DNA of 64,000 bases from Candidatus Hydrogenedentota bacterium (GTDB taxonomy: Bacteria > Hydrogenedentota > Hydrogenedentia > Hydrogenedentales > Hydrogenedentaceae): assembly GCA_026415215.1 (NCBI GenBank), contig JAOAHN010000122.1, positions 11,954-75,953 of the forward strand, in the 5' to 3' direction. How positions within the stretch are numbered: position 1 is the stretch's first letter; each line of letters begins with the position of its first letter. A program made the position numbers and the translations under genes. This document shows, one piece after another, positions 43,087 to 53,325 of this stretch. The notes under the pieces were generated by a model. It ran no database searches, was not told where the DNA came from, and saw nothing but the letters and a program-made list of their open reading frames with translations.

Positions 43087-44340
43087 TTAGGTGTCATAAC
43101 TTGGCATTTGGACATCCTGTGTATAAATTTCTTTTTGTAAGTCTTCTTCCAGAGAGGAAAGTGCTCTCTTGGCTGATTCTAATAAAGTCCGCTGTTTTTC
43201 ATTTACAGAACCCCATGTCTCGTCCAATAACATTTTTATCGAGTTTCGTAGTGTTGTGAGGTTGGTAAACATTTTAGGTAGGATAGATTCAGAAAATCCC
43301 AATTGAAGTTCCTTTATCCTACTCATTTTCTCGTCTAATTCTTCCTTTTGTTTTTTTACCCAGTTTGCTATCTCTTGAAGTTTCTTCTGCTCTCTCTTAT
43401 CTATTATTAGCGCCAAGTAGAGACGGTTGTGGTTTTTATAAAAACTTCTTACGATGAACTGAACTGGAATTTCCGTTCCGTTAGTAGTGATTATAATAGC
43501 ATCTGTATTTATCTCTCCTGTGGACTTTAACAAGGAAAGATGCTCACCTATCATTAAGTCATCGAAGAAAATACTCCTCACTCTTTTTCCTATCAGAGAA
43601 CTTTCCGTTTCCTGTAAGTATGTAACCAGATGAGAATTTATTTCTGTAATTATCTCATTTTCATCGAATATGATAATGGGTGTTCTTATACTTTCTATTA
43701 TCGATTTTGTTATGTTTTGTGAGTAGACTAATTCCTGTTCGAGTTGGAGAAGCCTTTCTTTCATGCCTTGGTAATAAGTGCTCAGTACCAGAGATATAAC
43801 TCCAGAAAATATGAGTATTACATTTTGGGTAAGGAGCAAGAATGACGCCTGTTCCATACCACTTAGGCTCCATGACCCTATTATGGAAAAGTTATATAGG
43901 ACCAAAATTACTAAGGTAGTTATTATAGGATGTGGTTTTGTCCTTGGATACACAATATGTATGTGCTGAAAAAGTATGTAGCCCACAAAAAGGGGACTGT
44001 ATTCCTCTCCAGTTACCACTATTGAAGAGGTTATAGAAGCCAAGTGTAGTATATAACTCAAGAGGGAACCGAAAAGGACCGGCCTATTAAAATAAAAAAT
44101 TAGATGGGTTATAAGGTTATGTAAAATTATGATGCAAAGGAATGGAAGAAGAACTACCGAGCTTTTAGTATGTAGGCCTGTTATAAGCAATGCTATCATT
44201 ACAAATATCAAAATATATCTCGCAAAAAGGGAAAGCCCTTCAAGAGATACTATTACTTTCAATTCTTCACTCAAGTCGTATGAGGCAGGCTCTCTTTCTT
44301 CAATCCAGAGGCTGAACAATCTTTTTATTCTTAAAAACAT
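43087..44340 (-). CDS. Membrane PAS-domain sensor with a degenerate HisKA-like C-terminus and no kinase domain
   Basis: 5-6 TM segments, a PAS domain (SIIESIRTPIIIFD...LIGK), a coiled coil, then LLDETWGSVNEKQR. Confidence 0.7.
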   Translation of the reverse strand: MFLRIKRLFSLWIEEREPASYDLSEELKVIVSLEGLSLFARYILIFVMIALLITGLHTKSSVVLLPFLCIIILHNLITHLIFYFNRPVLFGSLLSYILHLASITSSIVVTGEEYSPLFVGYILFQHIHIVYPRTKPHPIITTLVILVLYNFSIIGSWSLSGMEQASFLLLTQNVILIFSGVISLVLSTYYQGMKERLLQLEQELVYSQNITKSIIESIRTPIIIFDENEIITEINSHLVTYLQETESSLIGKRVRSIFFDDLMIGEHLSLLKSTGEINTDAIIITTNGTEIPVQFIVRSFYKNHNRLYLALIIDKREQKKLQEIANWVKKQKEELDEKMSRIKELQLGFSESILPKMFTNLTTLRNSIKMLLDETWGSVNEKQRTLLESAKRALSSLEEDLQKEIYTQDVQMPSYDT

Positions 44341-44426
44341 ATAGAAGCTCTGAAAATTTTGAATTATTTTAGTAAGTTGTAATAGTCTAATTTTATCAAA
44401 ATTTGTTTTGTAAGAGGAGAGATATT

Positions 44427-45869
44427 ATGTCAGTAAAGGTAGCAATGATAGGTGCAGGAAGTGTGGTTTTCTGTAAAACTCTGTTTATGGATATTGTTTC
44501 TGTCCCTGCTTTTCAAGACGCAGAGTTTTGGTTTATGAGTCCCACTCGAAAGAAGTTAGAAAGAATGAAAAATTTTGCAGATAGGGTAGCAAAAGATAAT
44601 GGGTTGAAAGTAAGAAGTTACATTACTCAAGATAGGCGAGAAGCATTAAACCAAGCTGATTATGTTATTGCTATGTTACAAATAGGTGGGGTAAATGCTT
44701 TTAAGTATGATTATGAAATTCCATTGAAATACGGGGTTGACCAGTGTATTGGGGACACAATGGGACCAGGAGGTATTTTCCGAGCACTAAGAACTATTCC
44801 TGTTATGATAGATTTGGCTAATGATATGATGGAGCTATGTCCTAACGCATATCTCCTGAATTATGTGAACCCTATGGCTATGGTCTGTTGGGCTTTAGGA
44901 AAAGTAGAGGGGCTTAAATTTGTGGGGTTGTGTCATGGGGTGCAGACCACTCTCGACTTAATAGCTGGATATGTAGATGTTCCCAAGGAAGAGATTGATT
45001 ATTTGGTTGCAGGAATTAATCACATGGCATGGTTCTTGAGAATAGAACATAAAGGGAAAGATTTGTACCCTATTTTTAAATTAAGATGTGAACAGCCTGA
45101 ATATTATGTTAATGAGAAAGTAAGAATAGAAGTGATGAGACATTTCGGATACTTTATGACAGAAAGCACGGGACATCTTTCTGAGTATATCCCTTGGTTT
45201 AGAAGTCATGAAAGAACATTAAAAGCCTATTGTGACGAGCCCTCTTTTGGGGGAGAGTCTGGAGCATACTATAAGTGGTGTAAACTTATCGCTGAAAAGC
45301 TCGAAAATGAAGATCTATTAGAAGGTGAGCCCACTAATCTACCTCAGAGAAGTGTTGAGTATTGTTCGTATATTTTGGAGGCACTTAGGACTGGTAAAGT
45401 TTTTAAATTCCAGGGAAATGTTAAGAACGACAACTATATAACTAATTTACCGTATGGGTGTTGTGTAGAAATACCCGTTTTTGCAGATAAGATGGGCTTA
45501 CACCCTACCCATATAGGGAATCTTCCCATTCAATGTGCAGCTCTAAATATGACCAATGTGAATGTTCAAGGATTGGCTGTTGATGCGGCGATAAAGGGTG
45601 ACCCTGAATTAGTGGTTACTGCATGTGCACTTGACCCTCTAACTTCTGCTTGCCTTTCATTAAAGGAGACGAGAGATATGGTAGCGGAAATGTTAGAAGC
45701 GGAGCAGACTTGGTTACCTCAATTTGCAGGAAAATCCCTGAGAGCTACACCTTCCATCACTATTCCAAAAGATGTCAAAAGGGCAAAGGTTCCACTTGAT
45801 CCTGCACTGGCTGTAGCGCATAGGTTTGCAGACTTAGCAGAAAGAGCGATTAAGGTAGAAAGATCCTAA
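44427..45869 (+). CDS. melA: GH4 NAD+-dependent alpha-galactosidase
   Basis: IGAGSVVF, QCIGDTMGPGG, NYVNP, GLCHGVQ and AGINHMAW. ATG follows GAGGAG. Confidence 0.9.
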   Translation: MSVKVAMIGAGSVVFCKTLFMDIVSVPAFQDAEFWFMSPTRKKLERMKNFADRVAKDNGLKVRSYITQDRREALNQADYVIAMLQIGGVNAFKYDYEIPLKYGVDQCIGDTMGPGGIFRALRTIPVMIDLANDMMELCPNAYLLNYVNPMAMVCWALGKVEGLKFVGLCHGVQTTLDLIAGYVDVPKEEIDYLVAGINHMAWFLRIEHKGKDLYPIFKLRCEQPEYYVNEKVRIEVMRHFGYFMTESTGHLSEYIPWFRSHERTLKAYCDEPSFGGESGAYYKWCKLIAEKLENEDLLEGEPTNLPQRSVEYCSYILEALRTGKVFKFQGNVKNDNYITNLPYGCCVEIPVFADKMGLHPTHIGNLPIQCAALNMTNVNVQGLAVDAAIKGDPELVVTACALDPLTSACLSLKETRDMVAEMLEAEQTWLPQFAGKSLRATPSITIPKDVKRAKVPLDPALAVAHRFADLAERAIKVERS

Positions 45870-45907
45870 TGTTGGCTTTGAAAAGAATTAGATGTCAGGA
45901 ATTGACA

Positions 45908-47182
45908 ATGATGAGAAGAAGAGATTTTTTGAAGAAGACATCAAGTTTGTTTTTTTTGAGTAGTAGTTCATATTTTTCGAAGGCACTTGGAAATTCTCAG
46001 TCATTGTCTAATTCGGTAAGGATTGCAGTTATTGGCACTGGAGGTATGGGCACCCGTCATTTAGAAGCATTAGCAGTAAATCCTCAATGTGTGATTCTTG
46101 CTGTATGCGATGTTGCAAAAAGTAGATATTACGAGGCTATAAAGATAGTGGAGAATTTAAGTAATAAAACACCGGATGGTTATCAAGATTTTAGAAGAGT
46201 TTTGGAGCGTTCTGACATAGATGCAGTTTTTGTTGCTACACCTGACCATTGGCATCCATTAATTACAATCATGGCATGTAAAGCAGGGAAAGATGTGTAT
46301 GTTGAGAAACCTGTGTGCACTACTATTCAAGAAGGTCGTGCGATGGTAGACACTGCTCGAAGGTATGGTCGGGTAGTTCAAGTAGGGACTCAACAAAGAT
46401 CTATGCCTGTTTTCCAAAAAGCTATGCATCTAATTCATTCCGGAGTTATAGGAACCATAACATCCGCGAGAGCGTGGGTCGGGGTTAACGAGTGGAAAGC
46501 CGGTGAGAAGATTGAACCTATTCCGAAAGGGCTGGATTGGGATTTATGGCTCGGTCCTGCGCCCTATGTGCCTTTTTCTAAGGAAAGATTTGTAGGGTTT
46601 ATGGGCTTTTTCGATTATGCAAGAGGAGGCCAGCTTACAAATTGGGGGATACATTTAATGGATGTTGTTCACTGGGGAATTCAGCAGGATTCTCCTCTGA
46701 CGGTATACGCAAGTGGTGGTAGTTATCGGCAGGGAGCAGGAGCAGATAACTACGAGACTATAGAAGCGGTATTTGAGTATCCCGGTTGTCTCGTTACATG
46801 GGAACAAAGACACTCGAGCACACATGGGAATAAAGCATATGGAATAGCTTTTTATGGAACTGAGGGGGCGTTATTTATCGACAGAAATTCTTTTATTATA
46901 AAGCCTGATTCAAAAGGTATTCCGGAGTTTATAGGGGAACCAGAGAAAAGTTGGGCAAATCCACAGCATCATAATAATTTCTTCGAGTGTATTCGAACAA
47001 GAAATATTCCGGTTGCGGATATTGAACAAGGTTTCAGGTCTACTTCTGCGGTATTACTTGCAGGGATTTCTTTGAGATGCAAAAGAAAGTTGGTATGGGA
47101 TAAAAACACAGAGAGATTTGTAAACGATTCAGATGCTAATAAGTATCTAATCCGAGCATATAGGCCTCCTTGGCATCTCTAA
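45908..47182 (+). CDS. Gfo/Idh/MocA oxidoreductase with Tat signal
   Basis: MRRRDFLK leader; IGTGGMG, ATPDHWH, VYVEKP and WGIHLMD. Confidence 0.92.
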   Translation: MMRRRDFLKKTSSLFFLSSSSYFSKALGNSQSLSNSVRIAVIGTGGMGTRHLEALAVNPQCVILAVCDVAKSRYYEAIKIVENLSNKTPDGYQDFRRVLERSDIDAVFVATPDHWHPLITIMACKAGKDVYVEKPVCTTIQEGRAMVDTARRYGRVVQVGTQQRSMPVFQKAMHLIHSGVIGTITSARAWVGVNEWKAGEKIEPIPKGLDWDLWLGPAPYVPFSKERFVGFMGFFDYARGGQLTNWGIHLMDVVHWGIQQDSPLTVYASGGSYRQGAGADNYETIEAVFEYPGCLVTWEQRHSSTHGNKAYGIAFYGTEGALFIDRNSFIIKPDSKGIPEFIGEPEKSWANPQHHNNFFECIRTRNIPVADIEQGFRSTSAVLLAGISLRCKRKLVWDKNTERFVNDSDANKYLIRAYRPPWHL

Positions 47183-47213
47183 GAATCTTAACTGAGTAGA
47201 GGAAGTTTTAAAC

Positions 47214-49292
47214 ATGTGTTTTTTTGAAATTGTCTCTATTGCGTTGATGTTTTTTTCACCTTCAGATTTTGATACTTCTCTCTCGGTAGAGCTACTTATT
47301 CAGAAACTTAGCTCTAAGAGTGAGTTAGATCATGCTATAGCTCGTCAGCTTTTGTCTTTAAAAAATCCAGTGGTAGTGGTGCCTAAAATTTTGCCTTTCT
47401 TGGAATCGGAGGATCCTGACATTAAAGGAACTACAAGGAACATTCTCATAGATTTAGCAAATGATTCTAAAAAGTGGGGAGGTGATGTAAGAAAAAATTT
47501 GTCGCACATATTAATCGAGTCTTTTTTAGATTCGAAGAGATCTACTTCTGCAAGAGAAGATATTCTAAAAGCATTGATTTTTACAGTTGACGATGAAGTT
47601 GATCTATTACCCCTAAAAGAGTATCTCATTAACGAGGAGTGGAGAGAGAAAATCAGAACCGCATTAGTCGAAGCTAATACTAAACCAGCTAAGAGTTTGT
47701 TATGTGATTCTTTAGATGTATTGGATGATAAGGCAAAATCAGCGATACTTTTAGGTTTATATCAATTGGATGGGGTTCCCTGTGAAGAGAAAGTAATTTC
47801 TCTCCTATCTTCCTCCAATCCTGAACTCCGAGCCTCTGCAGTTCTAAGCCTTTCGAATACCCCTTCGCCTATTTATGCAGAAAAAATATTTCAAGTATGT
47901 GTACTGGAGCCTGAAATTAGTGATTATTACCAACAAAATTGGGATAGTCTATTAAGAATTACTGAGAGAATACTACAAACAGGTGGGAATTGGAGTTATG
48001 CTATAAACCTGTATAAAAAAATACTGGCCTTTTCTAAATCTCAATCAATAGTTTGTTCCGCAATATTTGGATTGGGAAGATACGGTGATGACAGTGTGGC
48101 TGAATTCCTATCGGAATTGGTTATTACCTCAGAAGGAGAAAAGAAGAAGTGTGCAATGTGTGCCTTATCCCAGATTAGCTCCAAGGGGATTGCTGATAAG
48201 TTACTAAATTTGTGTGGTAGGTTATCACTCGAAGAGCAGGCTATGCTATTGCCTGGTTTATTGAGGGAAAATAATAGGGAAATTAATGAAACTGTTATTA
48301 ATATTCTGTCTACGCCTATAGGAAAGGAGAAGTTTATAAATTCCTTTTGGGAAGAACCGAATTGTAACTATCTCAACTATTTAACATATCTGGATAAAGA
48401 TATAACTGAGATTCAAAGAAATAAAATTATTCAATCCCTCTGGAAATATGTTTCTACTAATACAGAAGAAAATCAAGAGTGTAAAGGAAAAGCATATATG
48501 CTCCTTTATAAAATGGCTCCTCCAGATGAGAAACCTTATGCTATGTCAGGCTTGAAGAAATTTCCAATTACGGAAGTTACACAGGACCTTCTCCAAGATA
48601 TTTTGAAAGAAGGATATGATAGTTTACCATTTCCGCTCTTATTCGAATTGTATGGAGCTTTGCCCAACGAAGACGAAAGAAAAGGTAGATTAAAGGGTTT
48701 GTTAATATCTCAAATAAAAGAATCTTCATTAGAACTTATTTTGTCTATCGTTAGTGAGAGTAAATATTTAGATAATTTTCCATCTCTCGCAGGTTTTATC
48801 ACTTCTTGGAAACTAATAGGACCTTTTCCTTGGAGCTTCGGAGAGGGGATAGATTCCGATTACGGAGTTTTGAATGCTGTTGAGGGGAATAAAGGGGTTG
48901 AATTCAGGGGGAAAAGATTTGAATGGAAAAGTGTTAAGACTGAGGGATGGGGGTATGTAAACTTAATGCATTTGTGTGAGGGGAAAGACGAGGAATGTTC
49001 AAATATTTGTGCATTTGCTTTGGCAAATATAAAAATTACAGAAGCTCAAGAATCCTACTTGCTCTTAGGAAGTGACGATGGATATAGACTTTGGGTCAAC
49101 GGTGAATTAATAGATGCGAAAAATGTAGATAGAGGAATGAAGGTAGATGAAGAAAAATTGCCCATAAAGCTCTTGCCTGGTTCTAATAAGATTTTACTTC
49201 AGATTACGCAAATAAGGGGAGGGTGGAATTTTTGTGCGAGATTAGTAGATAAGGAAAACAAACCACTTAAGTTTGAAATGGAAGGAAACTAA
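47214..49292 (+). CDS. Exported HEAT-repeat protein with a C-terminal PA14-like beta domain
   Basis: Helical repeats (LLSSSNPELRASAVLSL) and C-terminal WKLIGPF...GSDDGYRLWVNG...GGWNF. Confidence 0.7.
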   Translation: MCFFEIVSIALMFFSPSDFDTSLSVELLIQKLSSKSELDHAIARQLLSLKNPVVVVPKILPFLESEDPDIKGTTRNILIDLANDSKKWGGDVRKNLSHILIESFLDSKRSTSAREDILKALIFTVDDEVDLLPLKEYLINEEWREKIRTALVEANTKPAKSLLCDSLDVLDDKAKSAILLGLYQLDGVPCEEKVISLLSSSNPELRASAVLSLSNTPSPIYAEKIFQVCVLEPEISDYYQQNWDSLLRITERILQTGGNWSYAINLYKKILAFSKSQSIVCSAIFGLGRYGDDSVAEFLSELVITSEGEKKKCAMCALSQISSKGIADKLLNLCGRLSLEEQAMLLPGLLRENNREINETVINILSTPIGKEKFINSFWEEPNCNYLNYLTYLDKDITEIQRNKIIQSLWKYVSTNTEENQECKGKAYMLLYKMAPPDEKPYAMSGLKKFPITEVTQDLLQDILKEGYDSLPFPLLFELYGALPNEDERKGRLKGLLISQIKESSLELILSIVSESKYLDNFPSLAGFITSWKLIGPFPWSFGEGIDSDYGVLNAVEGNKGVEFRGKRFEWKSVKTEGWGYVNLMHLCEGKDEECSNICAFALANIKITEAQESYLLLGSDDGYRLWVNGELIDAKNVDRGMKVDEEKLPIKLLPGSNKILLQITQIRGGWNFCARLVDKENKPLKFEMEGN

Positions 49293-49294
49293 TT

Positions 49295-50461
49295 ATGAGA
49301 GCATTCATGTTTTGGATAGGAACCTTTTGCCTATGTTGTACCCAAGGGACCTTGATTGCAGATGAGGAAACCTATCTTCTTTTCAAGAAAGAAAAGATTG
49401 GAAATGCCATATTTGAATCTGCTTCAGTTTTCGATGTGAATAAAGATGGATACTTAGATATTGTATCTGGAGAATTTTGGTACGAGGGACCCGAGTTAGA
49501 AAAGTCTCACAGGATTACATACTTGGAGCCTATAGATGACTATTACGACAACTTTTCTGACTTTCCAATGGATGTAAATGGAGATGGGTATCTTGATGTA
49601 GTAACTGGAGGTTGGTGGGGAAAAACTCTACGCTGGAGAGAGAACCCGGGGAAGGAAGAAAAAAATTGGGTTACTCACGATGTAGAAGAAGTAGGAAATA
49701 TAGAAAGATGCTTGTTTTGTGATTTGGACAATAGCGGAATTCCAGAGGTCATTCCTATAACTAAACCAGTATTAATTTTCAAATTAAAATTTACCGAGAA
49801 TGGGAAACCAGCAGGTGGATTTGAAAAAATTGTTATCGAGACTGAAGGTGGGGGAGGTCATGGAATAGGATGTGGAGATGTTGACGGTGATGGGAGTATT
49901 GACCTTGTGTTTTCAGGAGGCTGGCTTAAATCTCCTCAAAATCCGTACGATACTAAGGGTTGGAAGTGGTTTCCTGAGTTTAACCTTGGGTCAGCGAGCG
50001 TTCCTATTTTAGTGTTCGATGTTAACGAGGACGGCCTTAACGACTTAATAGTGGGCTCTGCTCATGATTATGGGTTATTTTGGTATGAGCAAAGGAAGGA
50101 TGGAGAGGCTAAACGGGAATGGGTAAAACACGATATAGATAAGTTTCGCTCCCAATATCATGATATTCAGCTCCACGACATCGATAATGATGGCAAGTTA
50201 GAATTAGTCACAGGCAAGAGGTACAGGGCTCATGCTTTTCATGACCCTGGTTCAAAGGATCCATTAGGCGTTTATTATTTCAAAATCACTAATGGAAAAT
50301 TTGAGAGATATACCATTGATTACGGACCTGCAGACAGAGCAAGCGGTGTAGGAATATATTTTTGGGTGGAAGATATAGATAAGAATGGCTGGAAAGATAT
50401 AGTAGCTCCGGGAAAAGAAGGACTGTACTTGTTCCGTAATTATGGACTGATTCCGAAATAG
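49295..50461 (+). CDS. Exported FG-GAP/VCBS repeat protein
   Basis: Repeated DVNxDGxLD / DIDxDG motifs and a signal peptide. Confidence 0.82.
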   Translation: MRAFMFWIGTFCLCCTQGTLIADEETYLLFKKEKIGNAIFESASVFDVNKDGYLDIVSGEFWYEGPELEKSHRITYLEPIDDYYDNFSDFPMDVNGDGYLDVVTGGWWGKTLRWRENPGKEEKNWVTHDVEEVGNIERCLFCDLDNSGIPEVIPITKPVLIFKLKFTENGKPAGGFEKIVIETEGGGGHGIGCGDVDGDGSIDLVFSGGWLKSPQNPYDTKGWKWFPEFNLGSASVPILVFDVNEDGLNDLIVGSAHDYGLFWYEQRKDGEAKREWVKHDIDKFRSQYHDIQLHDIDNDGKLELVTGKRYRAHAFHDPGSKDPLGVYYFKITNGKFERYTIDYGPADRASGVGIYFWVEDIDKNGWKDIVAPGKEGLYLFRNYGLIPK

Positions 50462-50470
50462 TCCCGGCCA

Positions 50471-50884
50471 ATGTCTAAAGGGAAAAGAATGGTAAGTGTT
50501 AAAAATAGGGTGATAAAACTTGTTATCGCGATAATTGTGGCAATAAATCTCGGTTTGTTAGAAGCAGCCTGGACTACTCCCGTTGCTCCAGGGGCTGTAA
50601 AAGCAGGATTAGGATGTTTCGCCATAGGGGTTATTCTAACGGTGGTTTCTTATCCTTATATTTGGTGGGTACCCGGCTTAAGTATGGTTGAGGAGTTTGT
50701 TCAAGTATTTGTAGGTAGTGAGGGCAATTGGATGCCTAATTCTGATTGGATTTTTCATCATTGGTCTGCCGGATACTTCGGAATTAACCTTTATCCAGTT
50801 ATATCGTTTCCTCTGTTTAGTTTTGTAATTGAGGCATGCTATAAACTTTGGAGAAAGAATGAAAATATAAATAAATGTTGTTAG
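50471..50884 (+). CDS. Hypothetical membrane protein
   Basis: 137-aa ORF continuing the operon, with 2-3 hydrophobic segments. Confidence 0.55.
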   Translation: MSKGKRMVSVKNRVIKLVIAIIVAINLGLLEAAWTTPVAPGAVKAGLGCFAIGVILTVVSYPYIWWVPGLSMVEEFVQVFVGSEGNWMPNSDWIFHHWSAGYFGINLYPVISFPLFSFVIEACYKLWRKNENINKCC

Positions 50885-50932
50885 CGTTTTTTTCGTAACC
50901 CGGATGAATTTCTAATTTTGGCAAGCGCCTCG

Positions 50933-51541
50933 TTATTTATCGAACTTATTTATGATAACTACTTCTTCGTAAGATAGCTGTCCCGCTCTTGGCCAAGCAG
51001 GTTTGACCGCTTTTCCAATGGCAATCATCATACCTATGACATGGTCCTCAGGGAGATTTATAAGTTTTCCAACTGCTTCAAAGTCAAAGCCAATCATCGG
51101 ACATGAATCGTATCCCATTGCTTTCGCTATTAACATTATAGTCTGTCCCGCAATTCCGCATGAACGCATTGCCTCGTCTCTTTGAACTTGCTCTCTGCCT
51201 CTATAGAAGCTATCTATTGCGGGGACAACAAATTTTTTTACCTCTTCTGGTGCGTTTTTCCAATATCTTTCTGGATTTTTCTCCCATGCCTTGACATCGG
51301 CACATAAGACTATGAGTAGAGAAGAATCGGTTACTTGTGGCTGATTCCATGCAACTTCTCTTATTTTTCTTCTTAACTCTTTATCTTGAATTAGTACAAA
51401 TCTCCAATGTTGAATATTGAACGAAGTGGGGGAAAGCATAGCGTAGCTTAGCAATCTTTTTATTTCATCTTCATCAATCTTAAATTCTGGATCAAAATGC
51501 TTTACTGCTCTTCTTGCTTCTACCGCTGAAAAGACATCCAT
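50933..51541 (-). CDS. Nitroreductase-family protein
   Basis: RRAVKHF, SPTSFNIQHWRF, NQPQV and GYDSCPMIGFD. Confidence 0.93.
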   Translation of the reverse strand: MDVFSAVEARRAVKHFDPEFKIDEDEIKRLLSYAMLSPTSFNIQHWRFVLIQDKELRRKIREVAWNQPQVTDSSLLIVLCADVKAWEKNPERYWKNAPEEVKKFVVPAIDSFYRGREQVQRDEAMRSCGIAGQTIMLIAKAMGYDSCPMIGFDFEAVGKLINLPEDHVIGMMIAIGKAVKPAWPRAGQLSYEEVVIINKFDK

Positions 51542-51631
51542 ACATTGCTCCTTTCCAAGTATTATTAAAAATCTCTATCGCTCCTTATTAACATACTATT
51601 GGTTCCAGATTATTTCTCACAAGTGAAAATA

Positions 51632-53323
51632 TTAGAGAGACTTTATCCTATTCATTTTTTCTATTATATGTTTAACTTTTTTGCCCATAGCAGAAGAGCG
51701 TTCATATCCCCCTTTATAAATATTTAATGTTTGTTTGCACAGTTCTAATGGATTGTTGCCTTCTAAATTATCTCTTTCAAATTTAGTCACATTAGTGAGA
51801 GGTTTGAGATAAGGATTGATTTCGCTAAATATTCTTATCTGCTCATCTATCTCAGTTAGTAGCTTTACTTGTTCTTTTGCTTTTGAGATATTTTTATTGG
51901 CGAGGCTATGTCTGATCTGTTCGGTAATGTATATACCTTGTTTGTATTTTTTCGCTAATTCTTCAAATATAGCCGAGAACTCTTTGCTCCAATCTTTTGT
52001 AATAGTATCCTGTGGGATTTTATAGTATTTCAAGGTTTCTAAGGTACCTAAATTCTCGTTTTTACTTATGATAGAAGTCCCAAAACTCTCTATCCACATT
52101 TCTCTATAAGCTAACCTTAGAAAATCTTTTTCTGTGATCTCCCTTCTGATCAGTGGTAAGAATTGAAGGCACCCATCCGAAGCAAACTCGGAAATATGCA
52201 CATTGATATTCTCCATCGTGAGAGAGTTTTCTTGTTGTGTTATAAGTTCCTGGGAGCGATAATGGATTAACCATTCAAACGCTTGAAACACTTGCTCCGG
52301 GGATATTTTGTCAGCAAAAGTGTCTTCGGTGTGTCTCGAGGATATATCCATTTTGAAACTTCTCTCTCTAAGTTCTACCGCGATATTTTTTCTACCGTAA
52401 GGTCCTGTTTCTCTAAAGTGCACATAACCTACGGATACGAGTAAAACAGGACATCTCACCGCTACCGCAAGATGCATGGTTCCAGTGTCGTTGGTTATTA
52501 ATGCAGAAGAATGTTTCAATAATCCTGCTAATTGATCGAGATTTGTTTTTCCAAACAGTGGTATTGCTAAGCCCGGTACTTCTTTTTGAAACCTGTTTCC
52601 TAATTCTGCTTCAGATGTGACTCCGACAAGAAAAAAACGAGCTTTGTGTTTTTCGTGGATCAATTTGGCTAATTTTGCGAAAAACTCAGGAGGCCATCTT
52701 TTAACCGGTTCACTCGCACCTAACTGCAAACATATAACCATTTCCTCTGAAGATATAGAATATCTATTGAATAATTCTCTTGCATATTCCTCACCTTCTT
52801 TTTTAACTTCATATATTAGACTGTCCACGGAATCGTTGACCGGTTCGTAAAGTTTAAAAATGTCGCACAGGTTCAAGTCATTATAATCTCTTGATAGAAC
52901 ACTCGTAAAAAAGTATACAGTCCACGCTCCTTTTAGATTGAATACCCAATCAGAAGAGATATTTGCCCCCACTACATCTTCTATCTCTGCCAACTTGAGT
53001 AATAGTGCCGAAGATGTACTATGGGTTACATTGTACGCTTTGTTAAATTTTCTACTTTGGAGTTCAGTAATAAATTTTTCGGTAGTTTGGTACGCATTAA
53101 GTAGTCGGTCTGAGTCATTAGATAGTAAGTCTGAAAATATAGGATCCTCATTGTAGATTATGTAGTCATTTATATCAGGGTTCGCTTTTGCTACCGGCTC
53201 ACTCATTGACCTTATCATCAGAGTAATATGGGCATGGGGGAATTTTTTACGGATATTACTAAGCAAAGGAGTGGTTTGGAGAGTATCACCTATTCTCGCA
53301 GTCTGAAGAACTAATATATTCAT
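51632..53323 (-). CDS. GT9 (heptosyltransferase-like) glycosyltransferase with helical C-terminal extension
   Basis: RIGDTLQTTP, GASEPVKRWP and ITNDTGTMHLA. Confidence 0.88.
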   Translation of the reverse strand: MNILVLQTARIGDTLQTTPLLSNIRKKFPHAHITLMIRSMSEPVAKANPDINDYIIYNEDPIFSDLLSNDSDRLLNAYQTTEKFITELQSRKFNKAYNVTHSTSSALLLKLAEIEDVVGANISSDWVFNLKGAWTVYFFTSVLSRDYNDLNLCDIFKLYEPVNDSVDSLIYEVKKEGEEYARELFNRYSISSEEMVICLQLGASEPVKRWPPEFFAKLAKLIHEKHKARFFLVGVTSEAELGNRFQKEVPGLAIPLFGKTNLDQLAGLLKHSSALITNDTGTMHLAVAVRCPVLLVSVGYVHFRETGPYGRKNIAVELRERSFKMDISSRHTEDTFADKISPEQVFQAFEWLIHYRSQELITQQENSLTMENINVHISEFASDGCLQFLPLIRREITEKDFLRLAYREMWIESFGTSIISKNENLGTLETLKYYKIPQDTITKDWSKEFSAIFEELAKKYKQGIYITEQIRHSLANKNISKAKEQVKLLTEIDEQIRIFSEINPYLKPLTNVTKFERDNLEGNNPLELCKQTLNIYKGGYERSSAMGKKVKHIIEKMNRIKSL

Positions 53324-53325
53324 TG

